Made by a program: the position numbers and the translations under genes. Shown here one piece after another: positions 54,517 through 64,000 of a stretch of 64,000 bases of DNA. The stretch's first letter is position 1. Each line of letters opens with the position of its first letter. The stretch is taken from contig NW_021832122.1 in the NCBI RefSeq assembly GCF_006345805.1, forward strand, positions 62,001 to 126,000, given 5' to 3'. Below the pieces are notes generated by a model. It had not been told where the DNA came from and did no database searches. It saw only the letters and a program-made list of their open reading frames with translations. Source of the stretch: Octopus sinensis. Taxonomy: Eukaryota.

Positions 54517-55101
54517 TATTTCTATTTTTCATTACAATTTCACTAGAAATTCATAATTCAATAATTTATAATTAAAGGGAATAATTAAATACATTAACAA
54601 CCTGAACAAAATGAAATAATGTTCAAAACCAGGCAGTGTATTTAATTATTTCTTTTGTTAATAAATAATTTTATATATAAATATAATTTAAATAAACAAT
54701 ATAATTTTTCAATAAAAATTATTAACAGTAACTTTTAAGTTTAAAAGCTAATGACGAAATTTTATAATTATCCAGTTTTTACAAGATTTTATTTTCCTCT
54801 GCTTCCTCATTGAGCTGGACACTAATTTTTAATATTCATCTGAACATTAGGGAATCTTAAAGTAATTTTACTTAAAATATGTAGCAGAAAATCAATATAA
54901 TCTATTTAATTTTCTGTCACTTAATTAATTTATGCAGTAAATTGTTTCCGCATTGCTCAATTTAAAGTTTTTTCTAAAAATGTATTTTATTTTTAAGAGA
55001 TCCATAAACGAAATTGAATACTTTTTATATATTTTTATTCCCATGTAAAAAGACCAAGGGACTATATCTGGTAGACTAAGACATGTTCATATTTTTAGAT
55101 A

Positions 55102-55650
55102 CAGTGGGTCAAATTAGTCTTGAGACTCTTGTTCAATAAATAAAATTTTAGTTTCTATAGCATAACTCTATAACATAACTGCAAAGAGACTCAAAAATGG
55201 CTAGAATTAATACCATTGAATTGGCAGGTCACTCCCCAGATCTAAATCCATTGAAAATCTTTAGAAAGAATTAAAAGCCAGAGTATGGTCACATAATCCA
55301 AAAAAAATTACGGAATTAAAATTATTTTGTTTTGAAGAATGGAATATAATTCCCGTAGAAACTTGTCAAAAGCTTGTGAGCAATTACAAAAATCGTTTAA
55401 ATGAAGTTTTGGAGAATAAAAAATATTTTACAAAGTATTAAGGGATTTGTCCCAAGACTAATTATCATTTAATTTTATGATTGTTTGTTTAAAATGTCAA
55501 AGTTTTCTTAAAATAAATCGATTTTGGATTATTTTTAGATGTTTTATTATCTTGTTTAATTTTTTTAGCTTTTGGAATAAACAGGCACGTTAAAGGAAAG
55601 AAAATTTTATTAAAAATAAAAAAGTGTTTCGAGACTAATTTGATCCACTG
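55102..55650 (+). mobile_element. Non-autonomous Tc1 internal-deletion derivative (549 bp)
   Basis: TA TSD; TIRs CAGTGG(G/A)TCAAATTAGTCT(T/C)GA; retains SPDLNP...EEWNIIP...CQKLVSNYKNRL...FTKY*. Confidence 0.85.
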
Positions 55651-56265
55651 TACGACTATGGGTAAAAAAGTGCCAATAACCGGTTAGATTATCTCAAATG
55701 CTTATGCGCTATCATTTGTTTTACTTTTCTTCAAAAATCAATATATTAATGAACATTTGTGAAATAAAAACAAAATAATTGTGGTTTTGTGAAATCAATT
55801 TTTTCTGAGATAATATTAAAATAGGATAGTTTCACTGATATTATTTGTAATAACTTCAATAATCTTTTTATGGTTCTTTTTTTAATATTTGAACCATTTT
55901 TATGTATTAACACGGCCAACCGAAAATTGATTCTATTTAACGAAACAAGAAAACCGATTAATATAATCGTAAGACAAGGTTCAATTTAGTTAAGAAACTT
56001 TATCGAATCCAAAACACATGATATAATGTCAATGAATCCAGAGTAGATTTTCTATTCAACTGACAGTTGATTTTATCTAAAAATGAATTTTATTTTCATT
56101 ATTGATCATTTCGTGTTCTGATTGATTTTTTTAGAATGTATCCTGCTGATAAAATTTTCAATTATCTATAATGTATTGAGAAGAAAGTAAATTAGCTTTA
56201 TTTTGATTTATTGTTCTTTAAATTGTATATAGCTTGTTTTTAAAAGATTTAATATTGTTTCAGCA

Positions 56266-57538
56266 GAAATTTTTTTGAATTAATTCATAAAAGTGGTTGT
56301 AGGTACCATGCGGATTTAAATAATTAAATTATCAAATAATTTAATAAATATTTCAAATGTTGCAACCTAGTGAGCTATTCCAGTTTTTAAATGCTTGGAT
56401 TTGCATCCAATTCGTCTGTTATTTATACAGGTTATTAGGGTGTAATTTAGAGAAAAAAATAATCAAAAAAAACTATTTAATTATTTGTGCGTAAAGTTTT
56501 TTTCGAGGAAGAAAGGCTACTATGGCATCTAGCAGTTCGTCAAATGCGTTGTTCAACTCGCTTACTTGTTTTCTCTAGAGAAATTCTAAAAAATTTGTTT
56601 TAATTGTTTCTACCAGCAAAGTATAATCCCATAAAGTTGGACGAGGTCTCTGTACTTTATTGCGCCTTTTGCACTTCCCCACATTCTCTCTACAGCTTGA
56701 GTATGTGCGTGTGTCGTGGAATCGATAAAATTTTACCTAAAGAAAGAAAGTATTTAAACAAGTACTTATGATTCACTCAAATATGCGCGCAACGATGGGC
56801 ATTTTCTGTTAAATATCCTATATTTTTTTAATAGAAAAAATACATAAAAAATTGAAATCAGAAACTAATAGAGCTATATGGGACCTGGGGGTCAGTCCGA
56901 CGAAGACGCACTGCGAATCGAGGGGCAGTTCCAGCGTAGAATAGAGACTGAGACGCGCTGGAAGAGCCAGCTAGCCTCCCTCCGGTCATGCGTCTTCAAG
57001 GCAATTTTATGGCGGAGCATACGCAACAACCTCTCGGCCTCCTTACCGACCACGCCAGTGGTCTCAAAAGCAAAAGCATTGACCTGTCAGGTACCATCTC
57101 CAAAAAGCATTATTTAGTTCCACGGCACACTCTCCCAAACATCTATTGTTGAAGGAGAATTCGGCTTTAATCATTTTTTTCGCTTTTGAAAACATGGTCT
57201 CATATACTTCTACGACTTTCCCTATTCCACTTAGACATATACTATTAACTTAGTTAAAACCAATTATTAATTTAAGAGCATTGAGAAGGTATTCAGCACA
57301 TACCTCTCTGAGCGAGATAGCCCAGTTGACAATTGTCTGTTCGGTCCAATTCAATTGACGTCTGCACAAAGGTATTATGTTCTTTTCGAAACTCCATAGA
57401 TAGATAAAACGGATACTAAATGCTAAAGATATTCTGGAACCTTCAAACCACGTTCCTTGAATACTAATTTTGATAATTCAATTATTTCAATCCGTATGGT
57501 GCCTATAACCACTTTTATGAATTAATTAAAAAAATTTC
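56266..57538 (-). mobile_element. Degraded Merlin (ISXO2/IS1595-like) transposon interrupted by a CRE insertion
   Basis: ~70-bp inverted repeats (56266-56336 and 57468-57538). TIVNWAISLREVCAEYL, GKVVEVYETMFSK, VNH|(29-nt intron 56737-56765)|NFIDSTTHAHTQAVERMWGSAK. Confidence 0.7.
56880..57100 (-). mobile_element. Extreme 3' fragment of a CRE-clade retrotransposon
   Basis: FAFETTGVVG..AERLL...DRREASWLFQRVSVSILR; GC-rich. Confidence 0.7.
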
Positions 57539-57878
57539 ATTAATTTAATTCAACACTAAAAAGTGGATGTAGCTAACCTACGAATACCCTATATTTTTTC
57601 GCAGCTAATCATAATATTTTTTCGCTTATAAAAAAACTTTCATTCTTTAAAGAATGAAGTAAGGTGGATTTTCTATGGAATATCGAATTCAACTAAAAAA
57701 ATAATAATTTGATGTATTGCTATTTGTTTTTATAATTTTTTTAGTTTCAGCACTGTACCCTTGCTCAGTATAATATAAATTCTTAATTATGTTTCTCCAG
57801 TAAAACAACATGTTAATAACCAATTTATGGAAAAATATTTAGTCCGATAAACCCTAATTATTGATAATTTCCTGGTTA

Positions 57879-58398
57879 TTAATTCCTATAACTTCCAGTG
57901 CCATAATCTGCTCCTCCGGCAAGTCGAATGGCAGTGAGCATATCCTCCTCTTTTAATTCATTTTTGTAAGAAACGGTTTTTGCAATTGCGTATGGCTAGA
58001 TTTTTATTCATACAATTTAAACTTCCAAATAAGGTGACAGCTCTGTTCTGTGACCTATTACTTTTCCTTTATTTTTGATTCCAGCCGAAGGTCCAATCCA
58101 TGTGATAAAGGCAAATTTTAACCTCTTGCTCAATTCGTCCCCAATGATGAAGCACGCATAGCAATATTGTATCTTTTTATCTAATATAATTTAAAATCGC
58201 AATACCGTCAAGGCAGTCCAACATATCCTTATAGGAGGACCCGGAATTGCTTATAGTAAGTGATTCATCTGAATCGTAGTCGAGAATCAACCTAATAGAG
58301 GTTTGACATTATCAAGTAAAACTTTACCATTTAATATCATTTTTATGATCCATGATTTCTTCTTTCTTCTCTTTTAGGGATGAATCGACGACCACCAT
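57879..58398 (-). CDS. COTL1: Coactosin-like ADF-H domain protein
   Basis: KWLILDYD, GDELSKRLKFAFITWIG, IRLAGGADYG; three introns of 25-36 nt. Confidence 0.85.
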
Positions 58399-58599
58399 TT
58401 TAAATGTCGTTCAATTCCATCATTTTATGCTTAATTTATCGCGTTGAATTGCTAATTTTAGAATTAATGAATATTAATTCATTTTTATAGATTTTACCCT
58501 AAATTAATTCGAACCCAAAAATTTTAAAGCTAAAATCAAACTCCGTTCTTAATAAACTCTTACAAGATTTTAATCCCTAAAAATTGTGCTGATGGGAAG

Positions 58600-59160
58600 C
58601 TCGTTTTGGCCCGAGTTTGCCGGATTCTGCACTTATTAAGCGTTAGTAGGACGAAATCTTTTGTTAGTCAATGCACGAAAATTTGTTTTCTGTCTAATCA
58701 ACACCGACTCGCTTGCCTCTGTGCAGGTTGCTGTCAAGGCAGTAATGCTTAGCCAAAAGCTCTTCCTTTCACTTCCATCGGGAATCTGGTAGACAAGGAT
58801 TTTTTTGAACATCCCAATTTTTCTGTGTCGGGCTGAAGATCCACATTACCATACGAGCAAGGAAAATTTTTTCTACTTGCTCAGACACATTCTCACGCAG
58901 AAATCTCGCTCAGTGCTGTCGATTCTGGCAATGCGCTAAGGCAGTCGAGGATCGCAAGATGCTCAATTTCGGCCACGTTTAAAACTCGTTGTTTTTTACT
59001 CAAATCGCTTTGAAATCCTCCGGCATCACCGACCCAATACGCTAGGCTTCTTTCGCTCGCTTAGTCCTTGATATCCGTTTGATGCTCGTCGATTCAGTTC
59101 TTTCTTGACATTTAGTCAGCGAGAGGTGCTGAATTGCACTTTCTCGAAGGTCTACAGTGC
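58600..59160 (-). pseudogene. Possible hAT C-terminal dimerisation-domain remnant
   Basis: LSITALTATCTEASESVL...LTNKRFRPTN resembles LSIPASSAASERVFS...RNRL; many stops. Confidence 0.33.
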
Positions 59161-59309
59161 CAGAGAAGAGGAGGAAGAAGAGAAAGAGGTGCATGCATCC
59201 TCAGTTCACTTCAAAGACTTTTTGACTGAGTTAGGTAATTGATTAGTTAATTAGTTTTTTTTATTAATAAATTTTGTTATAATTGTTATCTAGAACATTC
59301 TTGTTGTTG

Positions 59310-59857
59310 ATGTCTGATCTTACCGTTTACGAATTAGAAAAAATCGTTGCTAAGGGAGTAAGCACTGACGGGGAAACCATTTATTGTGTAAAATGGAAAA
59401 ATTTTGACGAGTAAGTTCTACTTTTAATTCTTAGTGATCAAAATACTTGGGAACCTGCCGCTAACTTAAGTAAACATTCTATAACGTTGTTCAACAAATC
59501 AAATAAAAAAAAGAGATCAAAGAGACCAAGATTGACTACTACAAAATCGCATGCCAAAAAAAGAAAAACAACATCTAGCCAAGAGTCTGTTTCTGATATG
59601 TCTTTGCCGACTAATCACGATGCCGATACTCAGACATCGATTTTATATAAAGGAAATATAATTGAAAATGTTATTGGAGCCAGGAAAACTGAGGAAGGAT
59701 TAGATTATCTTATTAAATGGCATTTTTTATGCTTATTTGTAGGAAGGATAATTCAGAACCAGAGTTCGTCTCGTCGTTGGTTGCTAGAGATTTGTGGCCT
59801 AATGAAATTTTTGATTTTATGCTCCAACATATCTCATGGGCTGAAGATTCCGAATAA
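59310..59857 (+). CDS. CBX: HP1/chromobox protein (chromo + chromoshadow domains)
   Basis: YELEKIV...YCVKWKNFD|NTWEP (chromo); IIENVIGA...YLIKW|KDNSEPEFV...WPNEIFDF...ISW (shadow). Introns are 24 nt (GT-AG) and 23 nt (GC-AG). Confidence 0.88.
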
Positions 59858-59949
59858 CTTTACTTTCTTCCTTTGTAAGAATTTTCTTTTGTGTCATTTT
59901 TACCTTGAAATTAACTTATCAAATTAAATTTCCTATTTACTCTTGTAAA

Positions 59950-60260
59950 GCCATTTGTGTCTTCTTGTGATTCTATAGAGCCCTGGTACCTCAAAGCTTA
60001 CTCATTTTTGCCTTTGACAATTTCTTAATCAGAGTCTGAGTCATGACTAAAGAAATTTGTTATATTTTTTAGGTTAGTTTACATTTATGAAGAAAGAGTT
60101 TAGAAAGTTAGAGTACTTTTTAAATTTTGTTTCAATAGCAGTAATTTGAATATGCATAAAGTTTAGTCTAAAATCTGGCCAGCTCCATCGTTTTGTTTGT
60201 TTCGGAACTGTATTAATAATTTCTATATTTTTTCTATGTTACGTTGAAAGACTTTAATTC
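59950..60260 (-). pseudogene. Possible piggyBac C-terminal remnant
   Basis: KQTKRWSWPDFRLNFMHI resembles the RKTKRW/WP..F motif; weak. Confidence 0.25.
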
Positions 60261-60353
60261 TACGATATTTTATAACCTGAGGATCATGAAACTAAATACA
60301 TTTTCTTTGAGGTCAGTTACTTTTATAATTAAATTTCTCAAAATTTTATTTCC

Positions 60354-63286
60354 ATGACAATGAGCTTTTTAGAGCAAAAACAACTTGATCAAGATTTAAT
60401 TCGATATTTTAAAAATAACAGCCTTCCAGAGATTTACGAGGTTTGTTATTATAAATTTAAACAACCAGGCTATTCTTACGGGACTAGTCGTTGTTCAACC
60501 GAAAGATCACATTAAATTTATAATAAACTGCATTAATATCTTACGTAAAACTGATATTTCAAAATCCCGGCATGAAAAAATATTTTTATATTCTTTAGAT
60601 ACATGTTTGTGGAAGATAGTCTCAAGCCAAAAATTTCAAAAATGATTCGAATCGAGGTCGCTTCCATTTTTTTCCCAGACAATGAATACGAGGTATCTAT
60701 GTTTCCTAAATGATCCAAAGCCTTCCGATGAGTCTAAAAGAATTGCCTGTGCATATTACATGACTAAAATAACACAAAAATATTTCAAGTAGTTTTTTTG
60801 ATTTGATTCCAAGTAAGTTGATGCAAAATCATATTCGAGAATCTTACAAGAAAAAAATTAGAACAATCATGAAGAAAAGAGTTGACGAAATGGTTCGGAA
60901 AAAGTGTTTACTTTTTTATTTCAAAACAATAAAGGTCAGGTTTATTTTTATAAATTAGGACAAATATCTCGAAATCAAGGGACGGAGAATAAGTAAATAT
61001 TAAATATATATTTCAGTGTCTTTATCCATCATGAAAAAGGTTGTAACTCAATCTGTTGGTCGTCTTATGATTACTTTATGGCGCCAACAAGTTCAGGAGA
61101 CCAAAAATACCCGCGAATATTTTGAGGTTTTACGATTATCCAATTTTTAATAGAAACTCGAAATTTCCGATATTTTAAATACAGGAAGTTGTTCTCAAGA
61201 TTTGGTATCTGGGGACGATGAGATCTCAATGCTTCCCATATCTTTGAGCACTGCTGTAAATTATGTTGTAAGCCTCAATTTTTGGTTAGATCTTTTCTTA
61301 TTTGGACTTTCGCTCTCTTCTTCGTTGTGAATCAGTTTCCCGTTCTTGGAACGCACTTATACAGTCAAATACTTTATTGAGCAGAGTTGATTTGTTCAAT
61401 TAATATTTTAGATAAATTTTAGCGGATTTGACCATTTGTTAATATAATATGTTATAAATAATTATTTAGGCAAACCGATTCTTTCGTGTGTAAACAACTT
61501 AGACGGGCTCGTCCATTTTTACTTTCTTTGAATTTAAAAAATTCTTTTATAAAAAGAGCAACTTTTCTAGAAATTGGATTTTGTCTAAACATCATAGACC
61601 TCAACGTGTCCAGTTGTCGGAATATCACTGTTTTCATAATTGGTAATTTACATGTTTATAGAACACTGAAATTATCAATATTGTCAAATCATGCACAAAT
61701 CTTACCTATTTAAACATTTCCTATACAAATTTATCAGATGCTGCACTTAAGGCGATTTCAAAGTATTTTTATTCATAGAATCTTTTTAGAGAATGTAAAA
61801 GATTAAAGTTTCTGAACATAGCATGTTGCGCTGAAATAACCGAAAAAGGAATCTATTTTCTTTCGAGGGGAGTTATGAGCAAATTTTTGACGTATCTTGA
61901 TATTTCTGGATGCGGGCAGGTTAAGGTGAATGAAATACAGTATAGATCACTTACAAAGGTTTCTATGAATTAGCCAATGGATGCGTAAATGTAAAAACTT
62001 TAATAATAAATCAAGTTCCGGGAATTACTGACGAGTGTTTAAATGTATTGTTTAAATTAATATTTAAGTGCATTGGAGAAAAAATGGTACAAATCGAACA
62101 CATTTCTCTCATCGGGGCTAGTCGTCTGACTGATCAAGCATTTCAATATTTGTGTGGAAATCTCAGAAACCTCAAAAAAATAGAAATTGGACGTAATTTT
62201 TTGTTCTTTTTTAAACATTAGATAACAGTTTCATAACTAATGAAATGTTAAAATTGACTCATTTGAATATCAAATCTCTATCTTCCTTAAATTTAGTTGG
62301 CTGTTTTTCCCTGGATGACAAAGGAATGAAAATTCTCAGTTTTCTCCCAAATTTAAGAATTCTTAATCTTTCAAATTGCATTCGGTTTTTTTAACTTTGT
62401 ATAAATTCAAGAATTTCTGATACCGGTGTTAGAAACATAAGCGAAGGACCTCATGGATCTCTCCTGACCGATTTGAATCTCACCAACTGCTATTTAATTG
62501 GAAATACGGCAATTCAGTCCATATCTCGAAGGTTCCATATAATTAATTTTAATCCAGGTGCTTGGGACTTGAGAATCTAATTCTATGTTATTGTGACCAA
62601 ATAGGCTCACAAGGATTAGAATTACTATCAAATCTTAATCAATTAGTGACGTTGGATCTTTCTGGGTGTTCCTGCACTGATCAGGCAAATCATATATTAT
62701 ATTTACTGACTAGACACTTTCGGCACTCAATTCCAACCGAATGCTTTCATCACTTACTTTATCTGATTGTTCGTCTATTACGGATTATGGGCTACAGAAA
62801 TTAACGTATCAATATTTTCAGTTAGAACATCTTAGTCTTGCGAACTGCTCAGTCTTTATTTGTTTTTTCATTTTTTTAGAAAATAACGGATGCAGGAATC
62901 AAAATATTATCTCTTAATTGTAAATATTTAAAGACTCTAAAACTATCTGGTTGTTTTGGGGTAGGTAAATTATTTTATTTACCTTATAGCTTACTGATAT
63001 GACTATAAAATGTATATCGACTGTTTGTTCTCATTTGACAAAACTAGACTTATCTGGATGCCATTTGCTTAGGTATGAAATGTACAAAATCAAAATATTA
63101 GTAACCGAGCCCTCAAACTGCTGATGTTCGGCTGCAAACAATTAGAACATTTACGATTACTTGGATGTACTGCAATTACCCCGTTTTCACAAATTACTTA
63201 ATTTTAGGAAAAATGCAAAAGCTATCACTAACGTGATTAAAACTGTGGAATATTCTCTTTATAATCAAAATGATAATACTTTTTAA
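60354..63286 (+). CDS. FBXL13: F-box/LRR protein 13 (dynein regulatory complex subunit DRC6)
   Basis: YFKNNSLPEIYE|AILTGL N-terminus, F-box (MLPISLSTAV...LDF), LRRs LDISGCGQITYKGFYELANGC and GPHGSLLTDLNLTNC; many tiny introns. Confidence 0.85.
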
Positions 63287-64000
63287 ATAGTTTTGATTAA
63301 TATTTCATGGATGATAAACTAATTAAATGCCGATATTCATTTCTAATTACGATATAAAAAATATTTATAATAGTAAATACTATTTTTTTATAAAAATCCA
63401 GTTTAACATTAAAAATTTAATAAATTCAAAATTAAAACAGAAAAATAAAAAACTCCTGAACGGATTTTTTCAAGGAAACCATTATGGAACTAAAATTTTA
63501 CTGATATTTGTCAGCGACCAGTGTACTATTCTTTGCCGTAGTGAATATAAAATCCTGCGATAAAGAAAAACTTTGAAGATCGTCAAACCCTTATGCATCT
63601 TTCAATAGAGCTATGTGTGGTGAAATGATATCATGTAGTTAGATTTACTCAAAAAAAGTAAAACATCAATCAATTTAAACAATTATCTAAATCCAATTAT
63701 ATGATTTCAATTCACCACATAACTATATTATCACATAGCTTTGTAGAGCCAGGAAACTATCCCAGTGTTCATTAACGATTATTCGGATGTTGAATCATTT
63801 GGTTACTTATACTTTTCTAAGATTTTTGTAGAAACAATTGCCAGAACGCAAAAAGTTAGTGGTAAAATTATTGATAGGATAAAAAACTTTGAATTCAACC
63901 GCAATCACAGATTATGATAGCGAGAACCACAAATATTAAATTGGAATAGAGAACCCTCTTTATCGCATCTGGAGTCTCTCGGGTCATTAGAGTGCGATCC

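Noticed and set aside
56878-57117. 79-aa plus-strand ORF
   Set aside because: It is antisense to the CRE endonuclease tail.
59487-59927. 146-aa ORF as a standalone protein
   Set aside because: It reads through the GC-AG intron of HP1; the spliced form restores the chromoshadow domain.
63300-64000. ORF 63327-63563 and downstream sequence
   Set aside because: Low-complexity AT-rich translation with no recognisable domain; the window ends here.

Overview
This window is AT-rich, gene-dense eukaryotic (animal) nuclear DNA. It uses the standard genetic code and is full of very short spliceosomal introns (mostly 21-36 nt, GT-AG with some GC-AG), which is why the ORF track is fragmented. Tiny introns plus metazoan and ciliary genes fit a streamlined animal such as a dicyemid mesozoan; that is inference, not proven. 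Manual splicing recovers about 19 host genes: IFT54/TRAF3IP1, LRRC61, GTF2H1, MAGI, AHI1, an NCOA6-like protein, Asterix/WDR83OS, MCM2, MOB1, PGLS, CEP290, a Tctex1-domain gene, a lectin-like membrane protein, MRPS30/mL65, LIN54/tesmin, coactosin, HP1, FBXL13 and one unknown. Tightly packed gene blocks alternate with islands of nested transposable elements (hAT, Tc1, Merlin, Ginger-like, pogo, piggyBac, and CRE, RTE and jockey/I-type LINEs). The most notable observations are: an apparently intact hAT element whose transposase carries four host-sized introns; host-sized introns in three other DNA-transposon superfamilies; a near-intact DD35E IR/DR Tc1; GC-rich CRE retroelements; a MAGI that seems to lack WW domains; a 93-bp non-coding tandem with splice-donor motifs upstream of CEP290; and a 40-bp gap between LRRC61 and GTF2H1. 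Several single-base lesions in essential genes are probably assembly errors. All homology calls come from remembered family motifs, not database searches.
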